Shown: positions 1 to 7,851 of the stretch, piece by piece
Position numbering within the stretch: position 1 is the stretch's first letter
Layout of the letters: each line of letters opens with the position of its first letter
DNA from: a virus
Strand: one strand, 5' to 3'
Length of the DNA: 64,000 bases
IMG/VR virus record: IMGVR_UViG_3300006914_000013
Location: 1 to 64,000 of that record
Position numbers and translations under genes: made by a program
The notes under the pieces: generated by a model
What the model was told of the DNA's origin: nothing
The model's input: only the letters and a program-made list of their open reading frames with translations
Databases searched by the model: none

Positions 1-120
1 ATAGCTCAGGCCATCCACCCGGTGGTGCCAGAACTCGGTGATCAACTGGTCATTGATTTGCAGGCGGTAGTGGTGCCCCTTCTTCGGGTGCCGCTTGCCG
101 GTGTTGATGATCGCGATCAT
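1..120 (-). CDS. Hypothetical phage protein, 3'-truncated by the window edge
   Basis: ATG at 120 overlaps the stop of the upstream gene (ATGA coupling); frame stays open to position 1 (MIAIINTGKRHPKKGHHYRLQIND...). Confidence 0.55.
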   Translation of the reverse strand, partial: MIAIINTGKRHPKKGHHYRLQINDQLITEFWHHRVDGLSY

Positions 121-563
121 GGATGCACGACCTTGGCCGTCGCCATGATCTGACGCTCACGGCGACGGGCCAGCCAACGAGTGGGCGACGGTAGCATGTC
201 GCGGATTCTCGGTTGGACGTAGGGCTGGTTGCGCTGCTCGACCAGAAACTGGTGCAGCCGCGTCATCGACTCCACCGCCTTGGAATACGGCGTGGCCAAC
301 GCCAGCCGTGCGTCCTCGGGCAGATCATCGAAGTCCGCCTGCAACTGGATCAGGTCTTTGGCCACCGAGCGTTCTTCGTCGATCCGCCGTTGCAGGATGT
401 CGGCCCAGCCTGCCAAACAGCCAAGCTTCCAGGACAGCCACATGCCGAGGATTATCCCGAGAATCGGCATGTCCACGACCATCGACCACACTTGGATGAA
501 CACCTGGATCGCGACCACCGCGAGGAACAGGTTAGATTTGAAAAACGCCCGAAGTGTTTTCAA
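117..563 (-). CDS. Hypothetical membrane protein
   Basis: Two hydrophobic N-terminal segments; tightly packed in the leftward operon. Confidence 0.65.
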   Translation of the reverse strand: MKTLRAFFKSNLFLAVVAIQVFIQVWSMVVDMPILGIILGMWLSWKLGCLAGWADILQRRIDEERSVAKDLIQLQADFDDLPEDARLALATPYSKAVESMTRLHQFLVEQRNQPYVQPRIRDMLPSPTRWLARRRERQIMATAKVVHP

Positions 564-574
564 TTGGTAGTCCC

Positions 575-955
575 TTACTCTGGCTTTATCGACTGATACG
601 CTTCGACCCCGAGACGTTCAGCCAACCGGCGAACTAACTTCTGCGCCGGGGTCTGAAACTTCAAACTGGACTCTTGGCGGTAGCGCCCGTCGTGCCAGGT
701 GACGTACTCGAAAAGCTCAAGCGCTTCGCGCAGCAGATCGGTGTCGTCATGCTGGAACTCGACCCACTCGCCGATGCGTTTCATGCGGACTTCGAAGTCA
801 TCCGGCAACCGGCTGTGCAACTGGCCGGTGTGGATGTTGCGGTAGATTTTGGTGTCGTGGCCACGGTCGGTACCGGCACCGATGCAGTCGCCCAGTAGTT
901 CGTAGGTGTCGTCTTTGTCGAGGTACTGGTACAGCTGTTTCGGGGTGTTAGGCAT
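575..955 (-). CDS. Hypothetical phage protein (DUF1653-like N-terminus)
   Basis: Y..Y.LLG....IYRN..TGQL.SR...DF..R pattern; overlaps the neighbouring gene. Confidence 0.6.
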   Translation of the reverse strand: MPNTPKQLYQYLDKDDTYELLGDCIGAGTDRGHDTKIYRNIHTGQLHSRLPDDFEVRMKRIGEWVEFQHDDTDLLREALELFEYVTWHDGRYRQESSLKFQTPAQKLVRRLAERLGVEAYQSIKPE

Positions 956-1223
956 TGGTGATTCCCTTCGGTTGGGGGAACAATCCGCGCAGTTCAGGCT
1001 GGTTCATGAACTCGCGAACCTCGGCCAACGTGCTTTCGCTGTCGAACTTTGAGAATAGACGCTGAGCCCGAATATCACCGTCAGCGGTGTCGTCGAAGTC
1101 CAGCCGGATCACGCTCGACACCGCTCCGGGCATGGCGAAACGCAGCTGCACGCAGTGACCATCCAGCGTCACTAGCACCTGCCCGGTGTCCTCGGCCCAA
1201 TAGAGTTTGGCGAATTCTTGCAC
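948..1223 (-). CDS. Hypothetical phage protein
   Basis: GTG start with AGGGAG SD; 8-bp overlap with the next gene. Confidence 0.65.
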   Translation of the reverse strand: MQEFAKLYWAEDTGQVLVTLDGHCVQLRFAMPGAVSSVIRLDFDDTADGDIRAQRLFSKFDSESTLAEVREFMNQPELRGLFPQPKGITNA

Positions 1224-1254
1224 GGTGAAAACTCCCTGTTGTGTGGCTGTCCGT

Positions 1255-1449
1255 TCAGTCGTCGACGGCTTCCGTCACCGCGACTTTTTCCGCCTGTATG
1301 CGGTTGTAGATTTCTTCGCGATGCACTTCGACGCCCTTGGGTGCGGCAATGCCAATGCGCACTTGCAGGCCGCTGACACCGAGCACGGTGATGCGGATGT
1401 CGTCGCCAACCATGATGGTTTCGTGAACGCGGCGGGTCAGTATCAACAT
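1255..1449 (-). CDS. csrA: CsrA/RsmA family translational regulator
   Basis: [48 protein letters not shown] is the canonical CsrA sequence; ATG at 1449 with AAGGAG/AAGGA SD. Confidence 0.96.
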   Translation of the reverse strand: MLILTRRVHETIMVGDDIRITVLGVSGLQVRIGIAAPKGVEVHREEIYNRIQAEKVAVTEAVDD

Positions 1450-1555
1450 TGTCCTTCTCCTTGTTGTTTTGGTGGGCATTCCTGGTACTAGGCGCAGCAC
1501 GTTACATATCTCGTACAAATCTGAACAGATGCTGAACGTAATATTAATTAAATCG

Positions 1556-2011
1556 TTCAAACCCCTGCTCGTTCCCCAAGGTGGGGGTTACAGCACCCGC
1601 AAAGGACGGCCAGAAGCTGGCCCCTTTTTTGCTCCCACTGGCGTGCGAGCCCCTGCGTCCGGCCCTTGAAAAAAGGCCTTCCACATGACTCCACGCAGTG
1701 GGGATTTTCAGGTCAAAACCTGCTCCCACTCCCAGCTGGCGTTCCGCACCTTCGGGGTTTAGCGTTACAAGCGCCCCCGGCCCGTCTCGGCGTGCGGCAA
1801 GTGTGGGATTTGGGACAGTCGACGGCGCCTGTGTCTGGGTAATACGCCGCCCTGCCATTGCCTTCTCGACCCATTTCGGGGTTCGCACACTTGGCTATAC
1901 CGACCCCCCTAAGACGATGATCCTTGTGGGGGGTTCTACGCACTGCGGCCCAATAGGCGAACGAACGCCCCATCTTGATCCAGACGCGCAATGGAAGGGT
2001 TACGGGGTTGA
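1556..2011 (-). ncRNA. Putative large structured RNA (~450 nt), family unrecognised
   Basis: More than 10 nested complementary segments; several mismatches read as G-U only on the minus strand; no credible ORF. Confidence 0.55.
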
Positions 2012-2022
2012 GGCGGGCATGG

Positions 2023-2052
2023 TTGAACACACGAACAATATTCGCGTATACT
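2023..2052 (+). promoter_or_regulatory. Sigma70-like promoter
   Basis: TTGAAC (2023-2028), 18-bp spacer, TATACT (2047-2052). Confidence 0.55.
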
Positions 2053-2057
2053 TTTTA

Positions 2058-2168
2058 GACCCGGTCTCGTATCCCGCCGACGAAAGCAGAATTCCCCGAG
2101 ACCTTGACTGGAGGTGCTTGTAACACCCGCCAGTCCGATGAGCCCTCGCCTAACAGCGGGGGCTTTTT
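2058..2168 (+). ncRNA. Putative small RNA (~110 nt)
   Basis: Lies between the promoter and an intrinsic terminator; stems GGTCTCG/CGAGACC and GACTGG..GGTG/CACC..CCAGTC. Confidence 0.5.
2141..2168 (+). terminator. Intrinsic terminator
   Basis: AGCCCTCGC-ctaaca-GCGGGGGCT hairpin followed by a T run. Confidence 0.75.
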
Positions 2169-2505
2169 CGTTTATGGTCAATAGGATACGGAGCATTAGG
2201 GGGTAAAGACAACCAAGCCTCCATCTTTACCCCCCTTGACATTCACAAAAGTGCCATCAAAAGGCCCGTCTTGTCGGACAATTTCTGGCGCCAAAGCCTT
2301 GTCAGAAAAGGTTCCCAGCACAAGCGAAAAAATAGTTAAAAAACTTTCGCGAGGGGGTCAAAACACCCGGTTTTGAGGCCTCTGTTGCCTCGATTTTGAA
2401 GCAACGCAAAATTTTTTCGCGATCCTGACCTAGTCTTAAACCCAAGGCCGCGAGTGTTTCACCCATCCGAAGACGGCCGAGCTGATTTTCTGCATAGGTC
2501 TCCCC

Positions 2506-2796
2506 ATGAGCGAAATCACACCTGAAGCGCTGGTGCTTTGCCGGCTGGACGAAGTACGCCACACGTTGGTGATTGCTGGTGTCTACACCCACCCCGAAGA
2601 AGCCGAAGCCCACCAGGCCCAGCTGCCTGAGAGTTGCAGCCCGGTGATCATCCCGATGAGCATGGCCGACGCCCTGACCGCCCTGCGCGAGGAAGGCAAA
2701 GGCGAGTTCGAACACATCTTTGAACAACGCCTGTCGCGCCTGGCCGAGCGTGTCAGCCAGCTGACCGCCGTGGTCGCCGCGAAGAAGGTGGCGTGA
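2506..2796 (+). CDS. Hypothetical protein, first gene of the rightward operon
   Basis: Typical codon usage; stop overlaps the endolysin start. Confidence 0.7.
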   Translation: MSEITPEALVLCRLDEVRHTLVIAGVYTHPEEAEAHQAQLPESCSPVIIPMSMADALTALREEGKGEFEHIFEQRLSRLAERVSQLTAVVAAKKVA

Positions 2797-3380
2797 TGGC
2801 GTTGATCACCCGCACACCGGAAATCGACAAGATCATCAATGAGCTGATCGGCATCGAGGGGGACGGAAATGGGCGCATCGACCCTAATGACGCCGGGGGT
2901 GCGACTCGCTTTGGGATCACCGAAGCGGTCGCCCGTGCCCACGGCTACAAGGGCGCCATGAAGGATCTGCCGCGGGACACCGCCGAGGTGATCTACCTGC
3001 GCAACTACTTCGTCGCGCCGCACTTCGACCAGGTGCTGCTGCGCAGTCGCGCATTGGCCGCCGAGCTGTTTGAAATCGAGGTTAACCTGCCACCAGGTCA
3101 GGCCGCGACCTTCCTGCAGCGTGCGCTCAACGCACTGAACGACCCGGACGGCGACGGTAAGGTAAACTACCCGCAACTGGAGCCGGACGGCGACCTGGGG
3201 CCGCAGAGTTTCATCGCCCTGGACGCCTTTCTGGCGCTGCGCAAGTCACAGGGCGAACACTGCCTGCTGGCCCTGATCAACAGCCAGCAAGCGGTGTATT
3301 ACCTCGGCCGCACCGAGGCGAGACCGAAAAACAAGAAGTACGTGTTTGGCTGGACGATGAACCGCATCCAGCTCGCGTAA
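2796..3380 (+). CDS. Endolysin, glycoside hydrolase family 108 with C-terminal peptidoglycan-binding domain
   Basis: IEG...DPNDAGGATRFGIT GH108 motif; LQRALN..DGDLGP and YVFGW..NRI C-terminus. Confidence 0.9.
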   Translation: MALITRTPEIDKIINELIGIEGDGNGRIDPNDAGGATRFGITEAVARAHGYKGAMKDLPRDTAEVIYLRNYFVAPHFDQVLLRSRALAAELFEIEVNLPPGQAATFLQRALNALNDPDGDGKVNYPQLEPDGDLGPQSFIALDAFLALRKSQGEHCLLALINSQQAVYYLGRTEARPKNKKYVFGWTMNRIQLA

Positions 3381-3393
3381 CCACCTGAAAAGG

Positions 3394-3771
3394 ATGATCC
3401 ACATGGATTTGCACGACAAAGAAGAAATGCTACGCCGCGTGCGTGAGAGCGCAGCGCAGAACCCCGAAATTCTGCGCCGCATGGGCCTGATGCGTGGGAT
3501 GCTCGACAGCGCCAAGACAATCGCGGACATCGTGGCCGCCTACAAGATGGGGTGCATCCCACCCAACGCTTCGGCGGACCAGATCCGTGAAACCGAGCAG
3601 GCGCAGTTCGCGATCTGTCAGACGCTGATGAAAATGATGCTGGAAAAGTTCCGCGAAGGCGGCGATGCGCCGCAACAGTGGGTCGACGCGATCATGGACG
3701 AAATCGACCAGTACGCATCGCAGCGCATTGCCCTGATGTCAGCCAGCCGTGAAGGGCAGACCGGGCACTGA
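3394..3771 (+). CDS. Hypothetical protein
   Basis: Good codon usage, operonic position (start may be 3403). Confidence 0.7.
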   Translation: MIHMDLHDKEEMLRRVRESAAQNPEILRRMGLMRGMLDSAKTIADIVAAYKMGCIPPNASADQIRETEQAQFAICQTLMKMMLEKFREGGDAPQQWVDAIMDEIDQYASQRIALMSASREGQTGH

Positions 3772-3782
3772 TCCGCATAACA

Positions 3783-3816
3783 TGAATTGTGAGTTGTGAG
3801 TTGTGAATTGTGAATA
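3783..3816. repeat. Tandem heptamer array (TGARTTG) x5
   Basis: tgaattg tgagttg tgagttg tgaattg tgaata. Confidence 0.9.
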
Positions 3817-4145
3817 AGCAAAAAGCGCCCCGGGTGGGCGCATTGCTGACCGAAGAACAGGTGCTCGATCAGGGCTTCCAGTTCGCCCGACAGCTGCCGG
3901 ATGGCAGCTGGTTGGCGGTGGCAAAGATGATCTACAACGGGCGCCTGTACGTCGATGTCAGGCACTGTTCTTTCGAGGCGTGCTACTGCTACAAAACGGT
4001 GGCCGAGGCCGTCGCGGCCATGCAGGCGTTTGACCCGGAAGTCGATGAAGAACCGCAAGGGTGGTTCAAAGACCCGAACACCAACCGCATCCGGCCTGAC
4101 GGCGACAAGTCGCGGGAAACCATCGGTTACGAAACCTACGACTGA
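3810..4145 (+). CDS. Hypothetical phage protein
   Basis: Coding-like ORF with YCY...EEPQGW; its GTG start lies within the heptamer array. Confidence 0.65.
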   Translation: MNKQKAPRVGALLTEEQVLDQGFQFARQLPDGSWLAVAKMIYNGRLYVDVRHCSFEACYCYKTVAEAVAAMQAFDPEVDEEPQGWFKDPNTNRIRPDGDKSRETIGYETYD

Positions 4146-4525
4146 CGCGGCTCCAGCCCCTCACGCGCCTTGGCCAACAACTGGGCGCGGCGGCGCTTGT
4201 TGCGCCAAGCCAGAAACTTCGCTGTCAGGCGCATCAGCACCACGCCCAAGGGTGTCAGCACCATGTAAACCAGCAGCAAGGCAGTGGCGAGCACGGCGAT
4301 CACCGCCTTGAGCACGCCCATCACGACCTCCAACACCCCATGCAGCAACCGCCACAACTGCCCGCCGCCGGTGCCTAACTCGATCGGCTCATCCTCATCC
4401 TTCACCCGGAAGGTTTCGGGCTTGACCAACAGCGCCCATACCGCCCACACCATGGTGCGCCAGGCTTTGAAAATCCCACAGTTGGGTCCCGTCAGTTTCA
4501 GTGCCACGTAGTCGTTGAGTCTCAT
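4136..4525 (-). CDS. Hypothetical membrane protein
   Basis: Long hydrophobic stretch; ATG 4525 coupled to the upstream minus-strand ORF with GGGGAG SD. Confidence 0.6.
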   Translation of the reverse strand: MRLNDYVALKLTGPNCGIFKAWRTMVWAVWALLVKPETFRVKDEDEPIELGTGGGQLWRLLHGVLEVVMGVLKAVIAVLATALLLVYMVLTPLGVVLMRLTAKFLAWRNKRRRAQLLAKAREGLEPRQS

Positions 4526-4776
4526 TCGAACATTGCTCCCCTGATCAGTTCGTGGCATTGCGTTTGGGTGTACAGCCGCTTTGAACCGAGGGGCACCCAG
4601 ACCCCGTCAATTCGTACCCGGTAGTACCGGCCCCGCTGGTTCAAGATGACGGGTTCGCCGTCGCTGTTATCAAATTCCTCGGTCGGAAACTGCAACGCCG
4701 AGAACAGTTCAAACTTGGTGGCGCTGCCGTTACGCCGAACCCGAACAACCGTGTCGGGTCTCCGTACTTCTCCCAT
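4522..4776 (-). CDS. Hypothetical protein
   Basis: MGEVRRPD... with AGGAGG SD; coupled to the downstream ORF. Confidence 0.6.
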   Translation of the reverse strand: MGEVRRPDTVVRVRRNGSATKFELFSALQFPTEEFDNSDGEPVILNQRGRYYRVRIDGVWVPLGSKRLYTQTQCHELIRGAMFE

Positions 4777-4993
4777 TTCAGCCCTCCTGGACCGAGTAAA
4801 ACTGAACCCCACCTATACTGGGAAATACCTTGCCGCGTATTTGCGGCAAGTCAAGCCGGGTGCAGGATACAGCCAGAGGCCTGATTACAGGCCCGCCGTC
4901 CATAAGGACACTGTAGCACCCGGGTTTTGCTACCTTGGGGGCACCATCTTGTCTCAATCCAGTGTGATTTCTCGCACGGGGCGCGGCTCCGGC

Positions 4994-5344
4994 ATGTCTG
5001 CCGAAGAAGAAGCGTTCCAGAAGCTCGCCGCCAGCCTGATCAAACTGCCCTTCAACCCCGCCGTATTGTGTGGCTGGCGGGCGTTTGCGGAATGGTTGGA
5101 AATCCTCTCCGGGCTGAGCCTGGTCACGGACGGCCTAGCCGCCGATGGCCGCGGCCCCGCCGAGTTCATCAAACAGGCCACCGCCTGCGGCTGGGTGCGT
5201 TTCGAACTGACCCGCGAAACCATCATGGTCCGCTCAAAGATCGCCTACACCGTCGAGCCGCAACCGGTGCTGCTGATGCAGTCGACTGGGCTGGACCCGG
5301 ACGAAGTGCGGATCTACGACAGCAAAATTCTACGGCGGGGCTGA
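4994..5344 (+). CDS. Hypothetical protein upstream of terminase
   Basis: Coding-like from MSAEEEAF; ends 1 bp before the next gene; start uncertain. Confidence 0.6.
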   Translation: MSAEEEAFQKLAASLIKLPFNPAVLCGWRAFAEWLEILSGLSLVTDGLAADGRGPAEFIKQATACGWVRFELTRETIMVRSKIAYTVEPQPVLLMQSTGLDPDEVRIYDSKILRRG

Positions 5345-5345
5345 C

Positions 5346-5927
5346 ATGAGCGAACTGTCTGATTTCGACGCGCCGGCCGTGCTCAAAGCGCCGCCGGAAC
5401 CGCCAAAGGCTGAAGGTTTGCAGCCAATGCCGGACGCCCTGGACGGCCCGATTGTGGGCATCAGTCCGCGTTCCGCGATGTTTGCCGAGACCGACATGGG
5501 GCGCACCGCCACCGGCCTGAGCGTGTTCATCCACGACTTCCTGCCGCGCCTGAACAAAGACCAGCTGCACAAGCTGGTGTCCGCCCTGCCCGCTGGCACC
5601 CTGGAAGTGACCGGCCAAGGCTACGGCGCCGACTTCTCGCTGGCCGATGAAATGGGCTTGCAGATCGTCGCGGTGCAGAACCTGCGGCAGCACGTTTTCC
5701 CCAACGGCCACCTGCGCGAAGGCTGCAACGTGCGCGAGGCAAAGGAAGTGCTGACCACCTGCAACATCATGATCAAGACCCTGATGGACAACCACGCCCG
5801 GATCATGTCGATGGAGCGCATGCGCGCCGTCGAAGCGGCGACCGTGGACATCCTGGTCGAGCTGAAAGATGAGCTGAAAGAGCAGTTCCTGGAACGCCTG
5901 CGCGTTCGGCTGGAGGGGCTGCAATGA
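5346..5927 (+). CDS. Probable terminase small subunit
   Basis: Helical 193-aa protein coupled (ATGA) to the large subunit; positional inference. Confidence 0.55.
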   Translation: MSELSDFDAPAVLKAPPEPPKAEGLQPMPDALDGPIVGISPRSAMFAETDMGRTATGLSVFIHDFLPRLNKDQLHKLVSALPAGTLEVTGQGYGADFSLADEMGLQIVAVQNLRQHVFPNGHLREGCNVREAKEVLTTCNIMIKTLMDNHARIMSMERMRAVEAATVDILVELKDELKEQFLERLRVRLEGLQ

Positions 5928-7732
5928 GCAGTGGCTTGCGCCCGGAGCTGGAAGTTTATCTGGAGCGCCTGCGCATGCAGGCTTATGACGCCCGGGACTT
6001 CAGCGGCATTCCCAAGTGGCTGACCAACCACACCACCGACCCGAAAGACCCGAGCCGGCCGTGGACCTTCCACGAACACGAATACCAGCCTGAGATTCTG
6101 GCCGACACCACCGAAGACGTGTCGATGCAGAAGTGCAGCCAGGTCGGCGCCTCGGAAATCTGGATTCGCATGATGTTGGCGATGATGGCGATCGCCAAGA
6201 AAATCACGATTATCTACATTATGCCGACCTCGGCGCTGGCCAAGCGCTTTGCCCAGGGGCGAATCAACCCGGTGTTGACCGACTCCCGGACCCTGACCGC
6301 GCTGGTCGACAAGGACCTCAACAACAACGAGCAGAAGCGCATCGGCCGCTCGCTGCTGTACATCAGCGGCACCTTCGGCAGCGTCTCGGCGATTTCGGTA
6401 CCGGCCCAGGCGCTGTTCCGTGACGAAGTGGATTTCTGTAACCAGCGGGTGCTGACCACCTTCGACTCCCGCCTTGGCCACAGCAAGGAAGGCGAAGGCC
6501 TCAAGCGCAGTTTCTCCACCCCCACGGTGTTCCGCTACGGCATCAACCTGATGTTCGAAAAGGGCAGTCAGGCGCACTACGCCACCAAGTGCCCGCACTG
6601 CCACCAGTACATGACCCTCGACTATTTCCGCGACGTGGTCATCCCCGGTTACGACGGCTCGCTGCGGGACTTCGAACGCTCCGACCTGCTGAACCCGGCG
6701 ATCAACATTCAAGATGCCTACTTCCTCTGCTCGCTGTGCCGGCACAGCCTCAAGCACCGCGACTTCATCGACCCGTCCCGCCGCCGCTGGATTCACACCT
6801 TCCCCGACCGCACCGACAAACACAGCTACCAGGTGATCCCGATCGACGTGCCGGCGATCAACCCGCTGGCGCGCACGCTGGCCTTGCTCGGCGAGTACGA
6901 GAACAAAAAGGACTGGGTGAACTTCAAGCTCGGGCTGCCGTTTGAGGATGCTCAGTCGTCGTTTCTTGACGAAGAAATGGTCAACTTCGCCACCACCCTG
7001 CACATTCCGCGTCCCGAAGACGCCGAGTTCACGGGCCTGCGCGTGACCTCCGGCACCTACATGGGCCTCGACGTGGGCAAGACCTGCTGGCTGACCATCA
7101 CCATCCCCAATGATCGCGGCGGCGAAGACATTCTGTATCAGGAACGTATCCGCCAGGACGGTGACAACTACGTCGGCAAGCGCACCATGTTGTTGTTCAA
7201 GCTGTTCGGCTGTGTGTGTGGGGTGGTCGACTCCGGCCCCGACTCGACGCTGGCCCAGCACTTGGTCAAGGAAGGTGGCGGCCTGATCTACGCCTGCCGC
7301 TACCACACCGGCCCAGCGAAAACCCTCAAGACCCTCGACGTACTGATTGCCCGCGACGAAGTCGAAGGCCTGGTGACGGTCAACCGCACCGCGCTGTACG
7401 ACAACCTGGTGCGCCGGGTGAACAAGGGCGGCACGCGCCTGACGAAGAACAGTTCGGAGTACGAGCTGGCCCGCGCCCACCTGCGGGCGTTCAAGCGGAT
7501 CGAGACCCACGACCAGGAAAGCGGGGAAACGATTGTGCAGTGGGTGGCCACCGCCGACGACCACTACACCCACTCGCTGGGCTACGCCGACGTGGCCCGG
7601 CGGATCATCGCCGTACCGCCGAAAGAGCTGGTGGTGCCCTACATCCCGACCCTCGGGCTGGTGCGTTTGAAGTCCGAAGAAGACCTCAAGAGCGAATCCA
7701 ACCTCTGGCTGCCCCCCGGTTTTAAACGCTAA
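5924..7732 (+). CDS. terL: Terminase large subunit, lambda GpA family
   Basis: QKCSQVGASE Walker A variant, FRDEVD Walker B, FSTPT motif, CPHC..CSLC, nuclease GLDVG and DDHYTH. Confidence 0.92.
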   Translation: MSSGLRPELEVYLERLRMQAYDARDFSGIPKWLTNHTTDPKDPSRPWTFHEHEYQPEILADTTEDVSMQKCSQVGASEIWIRMMLAMMAIAKKITIIYIMPTSALAKRFAQGRINPVLTDSRTLTALVDKDLNNNEQKRIGRSLLYISGTFGSVSAISVPAQALFRDEVDFCNQRVLTTFDSRLGHSKEGEGLKRSFSTPTVFRYGINLMFEKGSQAHYATKCPHCHQYMTLDYFRDVVIPGYDGSLRDFERSDLLNPAINIQDAYFLCSLCRHSLKHRDFIDPSRRRWIHTFPDRTDKHSYQVIPIDVPAINPLARTLALLGEYENKKDWVNFKLGLPFEDAQSSFLDEEMVNFATTLHIPRPEDAEFTGLRVTSGTYMGLDVGKTCWLTITIPNDRGGEDILYQERIRQDGDNYVGKRTMLLFKLFGCVCGVVDSGPDSTLAQHLVKEGGGLIYACRYHTGPAKTLKTLDVLIARDEVEGLVTVNRTALYDNLVRRVNKGGTRLTKNSSEYELARAHLRAFKRIETHDQESGETIVQWVATADDHYTHSLGYADVARRIIAVPPKELVVPYIPTLGLVRLKSEEDLKSESNLWLPPGFKR

Positions 7733-7756
7733 ACCCCTGAGTATTGCGGGTTTTTT
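7731..7756 (+). terminator. Possible intrinsic terminator after terL
   Basis: AAACCC...GGGTTT stem plus T run. Confidence 0.45.
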
Positions 7757-7851
7757 GGTCTTCGCAACCACCGTTTTGGAAACCACGTCTACGCTTTACG
7801 AATAAGAGCGGGTTTCACCATAACCGCCGGGCCTTTGGGGGGCCAACACAA

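Noticed and set aside
2078-2145. Hammerhead-like words (CGAAA, CCGATGAG)
   Set aside because: Core reads CCGAUGA rather than CUGAUGA, and the stems do not give hammerhead topology.
1544-2196. Several 66-141 aa ORFs in the csrA upstream region
   Set aside because: Mutually overlapping, atypical codon usage, no SD; base-pairing explains the sequence better.
3783-3816. Possible CRISPR array
   Set aside because: Tandem 7-mers with no spacers; no cas genes.
4646-4993. Extended N-terminus of ORF 4646-5344
   Set aside because: Overlaps a better minus-strand gene and a likely divergent promoter region; downstream ATG 4994 preferred.
2364-7790. Shared CACC(C)G(G)TTTTG motif upstream of late genes (about 2364, 4917, 7769) as a late promoter
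   Set aside because: Short, inexact and variably spaced; not distinguishable from chance by eye.
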